A DNA stretch of 64,000 nucleotides, taken from Hydrolagus colliei (Eukaryota). This document shows positions 1 to 12,689 of the stretch, piece after piece. Within the stretch, counting starts at the first letter, position 1, and the number at the start of each line of letters is the position of its first letter. The notes beneath the pieces were generated by a model. The model was not told the DNA's origin and ran no database searches. It saw only the letters and a program-made list of their open reading frames with translations. The stretch lies in contig CM068745.1 of NCBI GenBank assembly GCA_035084275.1, forward strand, positions 41,106,001 to 41,170,000, written 5' to 3'. The translations under genes and the position numbers were made by a program.

Positions 1-654
1 CAACCAGCAACAATGTTTCTCTCTTAGGATTAACCTAAATACAGTAACATGAATTTATTGTCGCTTCTCCGCAGCCTAGCTAGTAAGTTTCGGAGCATTG
101 GCTGCCAGGATCTGCATCCTCTCTTTCTCTCTCTCTCTCTCTCTCTGTAAGTGTATCTCTCTCTGACTCACCTTCTCTCTATTTCACCTTCTCTTCCCCC
201 CACCCATCCCCTTCTTCACCCCCCCTTCTCTCTCTCACCTCTCTCTGATTCACCTTCTCTTACCCCTCCCACCCCCCTTCTCTCTCACCTCTCTATTTCA
301 CCTTCTCTTAGCCCCATCCCCCCCTCTGTCTCTGTGTTTGTCTGTATAGTCAGTCAGTCAGACAACCCCCCCTCAGCCCTCCGTCACCCACCACACCTTC
401 TCCGTTGATTTTTCTCTCTCTCTCTCTCTGTAGATCAGTCAGACAGCCCCACCAGCCCTCTGTGTCAGTTTTTTTTAGTAAAAACACAAAATCCCCATGC
501 AGGGCATAGGGCCCTGCATTTACCATCTGCGAAAAAGCGAATGTACTCCCCCTATTGCCGTGTTTCCCATAGGGCCCTGTATTTTCCAACCGTGATTTTA
601 CCAACCACGGAGGTTTACAGGAAAGTATCCCCCACGGTTGGGGAGGGACACCTA
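1..654 (+). mobile_element. Non-autonomous Tigger/pogo-like DNA transposon, copy 1 (left end outside window)
   Basis: Ends in CCACGGTTGGGGAGGGACACCTA followed by TA, matching the right TIR of the complete copy at 28543-29317. Shares internal segments such as CATGAATTTATTGTCGCTTCTCCGCA and CCCATAGGGCCCTG. Confidence 0.85.
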
Positions 655-884
655 TATATGAAAATGGCTAGCAGATCACTGTTGACAATATATTAGAAAA
701 ATGTTTTCTTCTAATTATGTATAATTTGCACATTTCTGTCTCTCCATGCTTCTCCCATTAATCTGAATCAGTTTTCGTAATTTAGTGATAAAAGTATTTC
801 TAATCTTACCAAACCAAATAAGGCTTATTTACCATGTAATCAATTAAGTTTGCTACAGCTTTATACATAAAGCAAACAGTAATC

Positions 885-1048
885 ACTGGTTTGTGCTGAG
901 CTAACCGAGCTCACCCGAAGTGAGCCAATTGGGGATGCTACAAATTGGCTCGGTGCACCTAAAGTTTGAGTGCAAAAAATACGTCAAGATTTCCGCTGAT
1001 GATTCGTGTCCGGTGATCTTTGATGAAAAATGTATACATAGGACAGTA
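885..1048 (+). mobile_element. Ancient SINE-like repeat fragment (same family as 17515, 20095, 21500, 61400)
   Basis: TGTGCTGAGCTAACCGAGCTC...GGGGATGCTACAAATTGGCTC resembles degenerate segments recurring elsewhere in the window. Confidence 0.45.
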
Positions 1049-1049
1049 A

Positions 1050-1650
1050 CATTAGAATTAACATGACGGAAGAAGCCATTCCTTCCATCTTGCCTGTGCT
1101 GGTTCTTTAAAAGGCTATCCATTTATTCTATATTCCTGCCTGTTCCTCATTAGACTTCCTTAGTTTTTTTTCTCCCTTTGGGTTATTTATCTAATTCCCT
1201 CTTGAAACGTTGATATGAATCCTACCTCAAACATCATTCTAGATAGAGGATATTTAAAACATAGAATGCCCTGTGTGTAAAACAAATTATCCTAATTTCT
1301 CCCTTTGCTCTTTTGGTAGTTACCTCTAGCCCAGTTAAATTTATTGACCAGTACAAAAACATTTTCACTATTTAGTTTATTAACAGCTCCTCATTATTTA
1401 AAAAAACCTCTATTAGGTCTCTAAACATTTTTCTGTAGCAGATAAATAATATAACCTTTTAAAGTGCTAAACCTTCTCCAGTTCCTCTAGTCTTTCCTCA
1501 TAAGTATAATTTCTCATCCTTCATGTCATCTCAGTGCATGCTCACAATGACTGATACATTTTTCTTTCACAAGGGGAGGTGCCAAAACCTGGACACAATT
1601 CTCCAATTGTCACCTATCTGATGATGTATATAAATAATTAAGCCCTTGGA
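1050..1650 (-). mobile_element. Old CR1 LINE 3' fragment
   Basis: AGAAGCCATT...TTGCCTGTGCTGGTTCTTTAAAAGGCTATCC and following sequence align by eye with the 3' end of the young CR1 at 41916-43582. Highly decayed. Confidence 0.65.
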
Positions 1651-3639
1651 TGATGGAATGTGATTTGGCCTTCACCTACAGAACTTTATCTCACCAAAAG
1701 TCGATGCTATCAAGAGGGGAGAAAATTTAAGGAAAGAAATCTTCGGAGCTGGGAAGTACATCACATCCCATTTAGATTACTCAATGTTTTTCTTATCTGG
1801 TTTCTAGAAACTCTTTTTTATTTGTTGGGATCCGAGAAGGATTGCTGGCGCTTTAAAAGATGAGATTTTTTTCCCCTTTATTGTTGAGATTTAAGTTATG
1901 CATTTTTCTGGGGGAAATGGGAACAAGGAGGTAAGAAGTTATTAATATTAATAGCAGCGGCCAGACAAACGCTAATCTTGTACATCCAGTCTTCTACATT
2001 CCTAAGTTTCTAATATTTATAGACTGAAGACTCAAATTTTCTGTGCAAATATTTTATAAACCCATGTTATTAACCTTGTGAGCAGACTCTTTAAGTCTTG
2101 TAGATTATTGAATTACTATGTGTTTAACCATTGGTACAGGTGACAAATTATTTTGTACCATATATTATCAAGCTGAGTTATAATTGCTTAAGATTCTATC
2201 ACATCTTCTTTAATGTGGTAAGTTGGTGCAGGTGAATTATTTTCTCTAGCCATTTATATTTTAAAAACCTAGTGCGGGTTCCTAAAGTAAGAGAATGGGA
2301 ATGGGGTGCTCAGTGGTGCTCCGTGCAATAGTTAACAGTGGATTTGTGCTTATGGAAACCACATAATAAGACCCAGTTGTTACTAAATCTTTAAACAACA
2401 ATAATAAATTACATTTGTATTGCATCTTTCATGTTGGGAGGGTGTCGCAAGGTGCTGAATTCCACAATTCAAACAACTTTGCTACAGCATCAAATCCAAT
2501 GTATAATTTGCCCCAATGACACCACATTTCTTCCCTCAGTACCAGTAGGCCTGATATAACTTGTCTCATCTTGCATTTGGATCTCTTAGGACAAAATTGT
2601 CTGCCTTAAAGTCGGGCAAAGATCTTTAGAGATTTGCTGAAGAATCCCACAACAACTCTTGATTTCCAAATAAGTTAGCTTAATTCCAACAACTGAGATT
2701 CTTCCGTGGCTTTAGCCAGCTGGATTACAGATAGATTTGGCACGCAAATATTTGTAATAATTAAAATCAGAGACACCCTTAGGCTCTGACTAGACAGGCA
2801 TTTTATAAATAGAGCTGTGGTCCAAACCTTAAGAGTATTGCAACCTTATCAAACCTTTTCATCTCTGTTTCCTTAAAAAGAGCAAGAGCAATACATCAGT
2901 CTGGCTGTGGTTTTCCAGCTGTTTATTATAAACTGTACCTGTTGCAGCTTCACTTGGAATCTACACTATGGAATTCAGATTGATGCACAGACAGAAACAC
3001 AGACAAATCTTTCATCTTTATATCTATACTCATCTGGGAGGACTCTGGTGGGAAAATTACTTTTAGGAAGACTCAGTGGGAGGTTTTGGGACTTTAAACA
3101 GTAATTTTGTTGGTGTTGCCACAGCTTAGCTTTGTCTGTGTTCTTTATGTTGCCATAAGCTCCACTGTCAGCCATCGTGTGTAACTGCAGCAAGAAACTG
3201 AAAATAACTTGTGAACGATAGGAGATACCCAAACACAAATATGACCATTTCACTCCTAGGTGCAAGAGATTTCCAATGAGGTACAAATCATCTACATCAA
3301 TCGCTTATAAAGATCCTCCTTGAAGTCCACGCAGGCATTGTCGTTTTATTAGATTCATTGTGAGGGAAGCAAGGCTAATTTAACAAGGCATCTTGTTACC
3401 ACTGCAATTCAATTGCAACATTTAGTTTAAACATATCATATTTGCTACTCTGCACAGCTTTAGCTCTGGCCTTCCCTTTCAGAAAAATAGAACAATAGAA
3501 CAAGCAAAGTTTTACAAGGCACATACGTGAAAGTCTTAATATAACCATGATATTCCTCTGGAGAAATAAATTAGAAAGAAATGTTTAGTGCAAAGAAAAT
3601 TATTGGGAACAAATTTCAAATTTGTGAAATGATCATTCT

Positions 3640-3927
3640 GTGGAGTCCTGTAGCTCAGTGGTTAGAGCATTCGCCTTACAAATGGGAGACAGGTTTTCCA
3701 GGCAGGGTGAAACCTTTGGCAAGTTTCCTTATTCCATGTGCCTGATAATAATCCCTCAAAAAAAGCAATAATAAATTGGTCAATTGGGACACTACTGTGC
3801 GCAATTGGGTTCTGCCTTTCAACTATAGTCCATTCACTTAAAGTGTATTCTGTGAAGCGCTTTGAGATGTCTAGAAGACTTGAAAAACAGTATATCAAAT
3901 GCAAGGTTTATTATTATTATGATTATT
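3640..3927 (+). mobile_element. tRNA-derived SINE (Deu-like core, L2-type tail), near full length
   Basis: Head GGAGTCCTGTAGCTCAGTGGTTAGAGC (A box), core CTGTGCGCAATTGG, tail AGCGCTTTGAGATGTCTAGAAGA...AAATGCAAGG(TTA)n. Confidence 0.92.
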
Positions 3928-3951
3928 GTTGCTAGTAGACAGTAGATTGTA

Positions 3952-4080
3952 ATTCCTTACACCACACAACTGATAATAATCCCTCAAGAAAAAAAGCAAT
4001 AATAATTTGGTCACTCAACCCATGACTAGATGCCTAGAAGATGTGGAAAGCACTATATCAAATGCAAGGATTACTATTAT
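3952..4080 (+). mobile_element. Same SINE family, internally deleted 3' fragment
   Basis: CTGATAATAATCCCTC...CTAGAAGATGTGGAAAGCACTATATCAAATGCAAGGATTACTATTAT. Confidence 0.85.
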
Positions 4081-5914
4081 CAATTAAATGAAATTTAATT
4101 TACAAATCCGATCTGAAAAATGTACCAGCTCTTTAGTAAAGCTTTCCTCAGATGCAGTCTTGCATGAAAAGAATAATAGGTTTAGTACAAGCTGCTGTCT
4201 AAATTAATTCATGTTAACAAATCAGTTTGTACAAACCTAATGCAGGTTTGAATTGCTGAAAGAATTTGGTGGAAATCTTTTGCATTGTATCAAGAAAACA
4301 GCAGGAATTTCACGGGAACCCCATTAAGGAATAAATGATTACATCCTATCTCCAGGGTAAGTGATCCAAGTGGTGACTGCCTCTGTGTTTTATTGATCTG
4401 GTTGCAGTGATTAATAATCCCCAAGGGAGATGGTGTCTGGTCGCTAACAGACAGTATTTAGTGATTGGAATTTGAATGGACTTTAAAGAAATGAGAATTG
4501 TTTCTTTTGTTAGTCTGCTGGATTCCATGTGAAAGTTTCCGACTCCTCTTTTACACTGTAAAATGCAGTGGTAAACAGATGTTTCTGCATTCCCATCCTC
4601 AGTTGCTTTTACAAGTCCTCCAAATGTCTGAGACCAGCTACAAAAACAGATGTTTAGTGCATGACCATATGTCTCAGTGCCATCACATAAATATTTCAAT
4701 ATCAGCAAAATATTTTCAGATATTTGATCTACCTAATACCCACATAATAGTAGTGGATGGCAGGAGATGTTCCTGAATATTAGATGGGTGTTCTCCCAGT
4801 TTTTATTTTTGCATTTTCGTGGTTGTTGCTTGACGACTAAGATTGTGGAGATCACAAAAACATTCCGCTGATGGTTTTGAAATGCAGAATTTTTTTGGAT
4901 ATTGTCACAATTCTTAACTCAGCAACTTTTCATTATAGACTTTCATCTCGTGCATGTGGAGGCACCAGGAAATCCTATTCAAAGTTAGAGCTTTGGAGAT
5001 TCAAACCACAAAAATATTGCCATTTTACAATCAGAGTTCCTTCCTAAGCAAGCTTGCCTCTAGAAGCAAATTAAGAACTCTAAAAACAGTGTTGAACAGT
5101 TTTTATTTGAGTGCAGAAAAACAACAAAAAATGTATTTTCACATGAGAAGCACACTTGGAGCAAGTGAAGATTTGTTCCTTTTTGATCCTTTTAAATGAT
5201 GATATTGTATTGAGATCTAAATGCAGGAAGTCCACTCCACTTGTTGCACCAGTTTGTGTGACAGACTTCCCCAGTCAGTCACATAACTCACTTCTGGTTT
5301 TTGGCAGGATTTATTTGAGTAACTCCTATTATGAGTTAGCAGGTATTAAACCCCATTGAAGCTGATTATCCAGCCTGTTAATTTATGCAACTTGAAGGTG
5401 TAGACATGTCCTGAATCCATTAATAAACTCTTTTAATAAGCAGGGCAAACCTAACTAGACAAGTCCCGGCTCTTGGCAATAAAATCCCTCTCAGAAAGTG
5501 AAAGCTCACTCAAGTTTGGGGCTACATTTTGCTGCTTTGATGTATGAAACAGCATTGTTCTAAGGCTTTCTCATAATTCCTTCTGCTCCCAAAGCCTTTT
5601 TATTATTTTACTGTCCTCAGGGCACAGTTCTATGATGCATTTCATACGCCATTACCCAAAGTAAAAAGCCATAATTCAATGTCTGATCTTGACAGTGATT
5701 TCAGGCAGGCCATTTCATTTTATGTGGGAAGAGAAAGGGATCACAGTTGAGCTTTCCACATCCTTGGTTAAAAATGTCATTCAGGGGTAGGCACAGTATC
5801 TTTCATGATGCACAGCTACACTTTTAAGGTCTACTCTCTCACTTATCACAGTGATCTTCCTATATTTGCCTCAGCTGCTTTGAAAACTATATGTTACTAC
5901 TGTATATGAAACTA

Positions 5915-6377
5915 TATGTCTCACACTCCAGGCCACCAAAACTCTCATACATGTGCTCATAACATCCAGGCTTCACTATGCAAACTCCTTGCTTGTCAGC
6001 CTTCACAACTCCTCCCTCCACAGGCTGCAGATCATCCAGAGCTTTGTAGTCTGTATCTCCTAACTGACTAACAATCTGTCCGCTCCCTCTGCTCAGTAGG
6101 CTCCAAACTGTTTCCGTCCCCTGCCTCGCGTGCCCCCACTATTGGTGGGCGGGTATCCAACCACTCTATCCCCACCCTCTGGAACTCCTTCCTGCTGTCC
6201 CTCCGCCTTGCTCCCTCTCTTGCATCCTTCAAGACTCACTTCAACGCCTTCCTCTATGACCATGCTTTCAATCAACCTCCTTCCCCCTTGCCCTCAACCC
6301 CATCTAAGCCCTAACCACAGCTTGGGTCCTAAATACTGTTAGTCCAGCACATTGCAAAGTCATCCCGACATGAAGGT
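5915..6377 (+). mobile_element. L2 LINE 3' fragment, decayed
   Basis: Encodes a remnant of TLIHVLITSRLHYANSLL..LHRLQIIQ, parallel to 15930-16040. Ends in an L2 stem-loop remnant CCCGACATGAAGG. Confidence 0.8.
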
Positions 6378-6679
6378 CATGCAGCTCAGTGGTTAAAGAA
6401 TCCACCTTGTAAGCGAGAGACCTGGGTTCAATTTGAGGCAGGGCAAAACCTTGAGCAAGTTTTCTTACTCCACACACCTGATAATAATCCTTTGAAAAAA
6501 ACATTTTTTTTAAAGGGTTATTTTCAATCCATGACTGTGTGTGGGCCACTGCTGTGCACAGTTGGCTATTGTATTTCACCCAAAAATATATATTGCCCAC
6601 AATTCAGTTTACAATATGCTCTGCAAAGCACTTTGAGAGATGAACAGTGCTATATCAAATGCAAGGATTACTAGTATTA
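6378..6679 (+). mobile_element. tRNA-derived SINE
   Basis: GCAGCTCAGTGGTTA...GCGAGAGACCTGGGTTCAATT (A/B boxes), family body and AAATGCAAGGATTAC tail. Confidence 0.9.
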
Positions 6680-7136
6680 AAAGCATGACACAAATATAAT
6701 TTTGGATGGTTAAGTAAAGTTCCACCTGTCTGTAATGATAATCAAATTGATTGTGTTGATCAATAACCATCTTTTATTCTGCTCAATGTGGTGCATCACA
6801 CAAATAAGTCCATAGGTGGCTTGATTGTAAAAATGCATGCTGTGATAATGGTGATAATGGTGGCTGGAGATATTGAACTCCCCTTATGCTGCCATAATTT
6901 GATTATCATTAGTTGAAGACTGATTGGGCCTCAGAGGAATGAACAATTTGGTCAGGATACTCAGTTTAGCTGATCACTTATGTGTCATATCTGGTTTAGC
7001 TTGCTGGTCCATTCGATCTAGACATTGGTTGCGTTACTGTTACTACCTACTGTTACTCGTGATTGTTACAGACTATCCATTCAGCCTCTGCAGAAGGCTA
7101 CTGGCTCCTACACAGCTGGTGGTAAGACTCCAGCAT

Positions 7137-7210
7137 ATGACCATATTCACATGCTGATTTGATGACCATATTCATCAAACCATATTCATTTGATGACCAT
7201 ATTCATCAAA
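7137..7210. repeat. Short tandem array of (TG)ACCATATTCA units
   Basis: ACCATATTCA occurs four times and TTTGATGACCATATTCATCAAA twice. Confidence 0.8.
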
Positions 7211-7544
7211 TATTTATTCTCTTGTTTCTGTAATTTGCTAAGAATTGAGTCTTGGTCCAAAGGAGCAGTTAGTGAATACTGCAACACAAAAGTTTTTGTC
7301 AGGTATCCAGCTTGGCCTCCATTAATCCTATTTTGCTTCAGGCTCTGTTCCTTTGGGGGCTCCAGAATGGAATAGACATGCACATGGGATGTAATATATT
7401 TGAATCATATACACTTAATATAAATAAACACATAATACAGTACATAATCATATTATGTGTTCAAACATAAGACACTTCTGCTTCCACAAAAACGACCAAG
7501 CACTTTATTTTATACAGAATGGTATTATATGTATTATATCATAA

Positions 7545-7692
7545 AAAATTGGTCAATCAATGTATGTGGTTCACTGTTGTGCACAATTGGCTGCTGCATT
7601 TTACCCACAAATATACTCTGTGAACCTCTTTGAGGCATCTTGAAAATGTGGATGCCTGATATATTCAATGCAAGGAATATTGTTATTATTAG
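7545..7692 (+). mobile_element. SINE 3' half
   Basis: TGTGCACAATTGGCTGCTGCATTTTACCCACAAA core and AATGCAAGG tail. Confidence 0.8.
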
Positions 7693-8109
7693 TATTGGGT
7701 TTGGGGTTTGTTATGCTCACTAGATCATGTTTTGGGAGAAAAATGTAGCATTTCACAATGTGTTCCTGGTAATAACTTATAAGTACCACATCAAATGGCC
7801 TCATTTCAATGTTTAGCACCTTGGGTTGTCCTCCCGACACGGGAGGCTCTGTACAAATGTAATTTGTTGGTGTTGTTGCTTAATCACCATTGGTATTAAC
7901 ATATCACTCAGTCAATGCTAGCTCAGCCCTGCTGCAAAGCCGTTTGCTCCCACTGCAATCTTGGATTTTTGAACCCAGAGTTTTGCTTGAATCCACTATT
8001 ATTGGGGTAGATTTTCATTAATAAACAATAATTTATTCCCCCAACTGGGTCAATTTTGCAGTATTTCTTAACTGTTCTGAATTAAGAAATCTTGTGTGTA
8101 TTTTCACAA

Positions 8110-8225
8110 CAGTAGTTGGGACATGGCATTCTATGTTTGGTATGGATACTCTTAAGCATCGTGGTAGATTTCCACATGCTTAGGAGTATCCAAACCAAAC
8201 AGATAATTAAATACTCCAACTACTG
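8110..8225. repeat. Imperfect palindrome/hairpin, probably an old MITE-like repeat
   Basis: TGTTTGGTATGGATACTCTTAAGCAT and ATGCTTAGGAGTATCCAAACCAAACA are 24/26 complementary. Outer pair CAGTAGTTGG / CCAACTACTG. Confidence 0.8.
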
Positions 8226-9479
8226 CAAATTGAATCCATTAATATTTATGGATCCACTGGAGTTAAATGGTACCTTTTGGCTTTTTCCTTTGTAATATAA
8301 CCATACCTGCTCGTAATGTCACTGCAATGGTATTTTATAATAATAATAATAATAATCATTACAATAGGAATAGTGCCTCATCACCTTTGAGATGTCTTAA
8401 AACACTTCCCAGAATATACTGTAAAGTGAATTGACTGTACATTTTGTGGGGAGAATATCAGATGGTCAACTAATATGTACTGTCACAATATATTCTATGT
8501 GGAGTTTCTCCCTGTGCCCTAGCCAAGAAACTCCAGATGAAATTAGTGATTAATTGTTTAATGCTAATGTAGATGTTGGCTGCTGCATTTGCCGAGAAAA
8601 TCATCACACTTTAGGCCAGTTCCTATGAAACATTTTGAGACATCTTGATGGCACAATAAGGTGCCACATCAAATGCACAGATTATGGTAATATAGTTTAC
8701 AGTATTGTTAACTAGAATTAGAATAAAACATTTTGCATATATCCTAATTTCCAGAAGTGTATGAGACAACAAAACCCTTCTGAATGAGGCCCTCTTCTTG
8801 AACTTTGTGATGTGCATATGAAAGATTTCTATCGAGTCAGATGAAAATGTTGAAAGACATGGCACTCCCACCTGCTTATCCCTCGTTTTCTTTTACAAAA
8901 CATCTATTTATCGCAGTACACAATTTGGGTGCTTTGGGAGTATTGCTTGGCTCACAGAACAAATACCATGTCAGATGGAGATGCTTTAGCAAAACAATAG
9001 GACAGATTTGAGACTTAGAAAACTGAGTTCTTCAAATCATTAATGATTTAGTTCCTTCTAATAGATTATCTGGAAGATTCCAAGTCATTAATTCCATATA
9101 TTTTTGTCTGAAGCAGCTGTGCCCTGCAAGCTCACAGGGTGTCATGTCTGGATAATATACTTAAGTAGCATAAACAGAGCAAATGGTACAGAGATAACAA
9201 TGTGAACAGCTCTGTCATTAATAATAGTGAGAAAATACTGGAATTAGATCATGTTATTTCTCTTTGGAACCAATGTCACTATCAAATACTCCCAGCCGAA
9301 TCACATCTCTGTATATTACAGCACATCTCGTTGATGCATCTCAGCATTAAGCAGCACAAATACAATGGGCTGAAAATTTTCCTTTTGCCATGTAAACGTT
9401 CCATGGTTGTAAGTGGGCCCCTGAGAGCTCTTCCCAACCATATCACTCTGACCTTTCTCTTTCGCTTACCGGTCATCAT

Positions 9480-9702
9480 TGTGACCTGTCTGAGCAAGAC
9501 TGTGTGTTTAGTGCCAATTAGTTTCAATTTATTGAGAGTTTTGTGCTGTGAACTCATGCCCATTAGGAACTGGAGCGAGACTGCCAGAACTCATTTACTT
9601 GGAAACTCAGAGAGTGGAGGCTTTCATCCTATAAGTCTGGGCTGGAACTAGGTCCCTGAGGTGAAAAGATAGTGCTCAAACCTACTGTGTTATTCAGCCT
9701 CC
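9480..9702 (-). mobile_element. LF-SINE-related ancient SINE, 5' half
   Basis: Minus strand reads CTTTTCACCTC...TTCCAGCCCAG...AAATGAGTT...GTCTC..CAGTTCCTAATGGGCA...CACAGCACAAAAC...ACTAATTGGCAC, collinear with the LF-SINE consensus as I recall it. Confidence 0.7.
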
Positions 9703-10074
9703 AAAGAATGATTTTTTTTAAATACATTAAATCTACTGTAGTATTAAACATCAAAATGACTTTTCCATTAGCCTCATTTGGTAGGGGAAGGCCAAGCTGA
9801 TGAAGCACAAATGTCTACAAAACACAATAAACAGCTTAAATACTCCAAAGTAATCCAGCAACTAACACATTATACAGTGCAGATTTTCATTTAAAATTGT
9901 GGGCGTTTCGCAAGGATTATTATTATTAAAATAATTTACAGTAGAATGCTACGTAAACACACAGTGACTATCCTCACATCCCTTTATTCAATATTGTGGT
10001 CAGGCTGCAGTGCTGGTGAAAAGGTTTGATTCAGCATATGTTTACCAAGGTCATGCTTGTTCCTAAAGAGTGTG

Positions 10075-10280
10075 AGGAGGGAGTTTCTCCCATTGTCCGG
10101 GTCAACAATCCTCCAAATTGGTTATTCTCATTCACTTTATAGCTGTTTGTGGGACGATTGCAGTGGCACTTGGCTGCAGAATTTGCCCACAAAATGCAAT
10201 TTACAATACATCCTTTGAATTGCTTTAGAATGTCCTCCTGCTATAAAAAGTACTAATACGAATGTAAGAATTATTATTAT
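10075..10280 (+). mobile_element. Old DeuSINE (SacSINE1/AmnSINE1-like) remnant
   Basis: GAGTTTCTCCC..TGTCC..GCTGTTTGTGGGA..TTGCAGTG..TTGGCTGC resembles the Deu domain. Similar relics near 8500-8685, 11340-11530, 12380-12540, 54575-54875, 57410-57565 and 62015-62310. Confidence 0.6.
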
Positions 10281-11764
10281 GAAATCTTGGTAAGTACAGA
10301 GTTAGAGAAAGAGATGTATACACATGCATATATGCACAAAGAGAGGTGAAGAGGCAAACAAATTGGATATTTGCAATATTTCTAGATCCACAATGGGACC
10401 CGGCCCCAGTCAGCGTGACTATCAGGCTCTCTACAGCATTATGTTTCATTATATGTGGGAATAACTTATCAGTATTCAAAATGTGCTCAGTATAAAACAA
10501 AGGGAATTTGTCATTGTGGTAGATGCATTTCCGTTTTGTATTTATACTTTCACAATATTGAAGATCAGGTCTTGGCTCACACTCAATTGTCACTTTGATA
10601 AATTTTAAAGAGAAACAACCAAACGGAAAAATCCAGCTTATTATTTCAGTGTAGAAGAAAGAGAAAGATTGTCATGGCAAGGCATGCAGTCTCAGCTGTG
10701 ATGAGATATATCAGGCAGACCTCGAAATTCGATTTACAAGCACAGGGTTCTGGGGGGAGCATATAATTGCTAGATTGCTCGAGCACGTCTTCCGAAGGAT
10801 TATATTTTGTAATGTACAGAGAATAGGACTAATGTATTCTACAATTGGTTTTACAATTGACCCTATGTCAGCATAAACATGTGAGTGATTTTAGAGGATA
10901 CATCAGAATATACAAGTTGTATGTTGCTTAAAGTATTTATAGAAAAACAGTTTGTTTCACTAAAATAATTGTCATGTATGGTGTACAGCAATGTTTCACA
11001 AAGCAGATATGAAGAATTCATCTAAGGGGGTTTGAAATTAAAAACGCAATACAAGATATCAATGCAAAAATGTTTTTAATCCTTGGTAGCTGTTTAAAAT
11101 AAATAATTTAAATTCCCACCCACTTCATTTGAGTCTGTGAACCATGCATAACCTTGCATGCTGGCAAAGAGCATTACGTGCTGAAAGCCCGTGGAATAAA
11201 GGAAGTAAAAGTGAAGTAAGATATCTCCAACCTTAGCAAAATCTTAAAATCTTCAGCTTGGTTACTAATACTGTTATAAATGGAGATATTAAAGCAGTGG
11301 AAAACGGTTCTATTCGTAGAAAGTCCACCTGGATCTAAGTTTTTTTTAAATCTTTACATTTGATATGGCATCTTATTACATTGTCTAAACGTCCCAGTAC
11401 TTCCCATGATTTATTGTAAAGTGTATTTACTTTGTATTTGTAGGTGAACATGGCAGACAGTTTACATACAATAATATTCTACAAACAGCCATGTCGATGT
11501 AAATTATAATTTTTTCTGGGGGATGTAGCTACTCATGCAGCACTTCAGTACTTGTATAAATGGCAAATTGTTGAAGTCAGTCTTAACTTTGAAGACAGAT
11601 TTGTGTAGTTCTGGGCGCTGTGTAGTTCTGGGCGCTGGCTTTCAAAACTTACGTGGAAAAAAAGTAGGCTTGGTTGTACTGCTTGAAAGAAAAGAAAAAA
11701 AGAAAGAAAGAAAAAATGAGTTTTTAAGCACTTTATTACATCAATAATTGGTAGAATCGTCAAC

Positions 11765-12300
11765 AAAAACAACTACCAACTTACATTGTGCCCCCCATTG
11801 AGGGTAGTGTCTCAGAGTGCTTAACAGTGGTAGAACCTGACTCCAAACGTAGGGGCGGGTGGAAGGGTAGCCATAAGCACAGTTAAAGAGGAAGGCTATC
11901 AGGCGGCACTTTAAAAAGGGGACAGCGCAGGCAAGGCGGAGGAAGAATGTTCTAGAATTTTAAGGCGTATTGGCTGAAAGTGTGAGCTTCAATGGTGGGT
12001 TGGAGAATGCAAGTGATGAGCAGGAGGCCGGTTCCAGTTGAGCAGAGACGCTGGAAGGTGAATTGGGGAGTGTGGAGGTCGGAGAAATAAGGAGGTGCCA
12101 GAAGATAAGAGATATGAACACAAGTGTGAGGATCTTGAAGTCAATCAGTTCAATGACAGGGAGCCAGTGGAGCCTGGCCGGAACTGGTGAGACGTGGGTG
12201 CGGAGGTTGGGGTAAGTATTCAAGCAGTAAAATTCTGAATGAGGTGGATGTTTTGAAAAGTGGAGCTGTGGAGACCGGGGAGGAGACAGATGTAGTGACT
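11765..12300 (-). mobile_element. L2 LINE 3' fragment
   Basis: Minus ORF contains HVSPVPARLHWLPVIELIDFKILTLVF, the L2 ORF2 C-terminal motif. CAACAA tail near 11761. Confidence 0.85.
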
Positions 12301-12689
12301 GAATTTTTTTAGACAAACTCCAACATCACTCATGCCAGCAAGATCTCCTAAACATCCATGACCAATTATCCTTCTGGAATATTAGTCAGGACACTGGGAG
12401 AAATTCCCTTCACATTTCAAAAAAGAGCATGGGATCGTTAACATTCATCTTAATTTAATATCTCACTCAAAAGTTGACGTTTCTGACACTGCACTGTGCT
12501 CCACATACTGCACTAGATTGTCATTCTAGATCAGTAGTGGCCAACGTTTGGCTAAGGTATGCCACAGTGTGGTCCCAAGACTCACTGTCATGCTACAAAG
12601 AAAATTCCCCAAAATATTACCAGAAAAGAAAAAATGCAAATATTGAGCAATTCACAATAAAATATGAAACAAGTTACTTACCGGTAATT

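Noticed and set aside
151-408. Leu/Ser/Pro-rich ORFs here and at 28819 and 48557
   Set aside because: Translations of CT-rich interiors of the Tigger-like element.
3640-3712. tRNA-Ala/Val genes at SINE heads
   Set aside because: Each is followed by the SINE body and tail, and copies are mutationally diverged. Apparent compensatory changes (CTTGC/GCAAG) are explained by CpG decay.
9202-9651. 149-aa ORF in the intron
   Set aside because: Overlaps the antisense of a SINE relic, with no recognisable domain or exon structure.
11602-11635. 17-bp tandem duplication TGTGTAGTTCTGGGCGC, and similar short arrays near 7137 and 22074
   Set aside because: Ordinary slippage duplications with no spacer structure. 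Not CRISPR-like.
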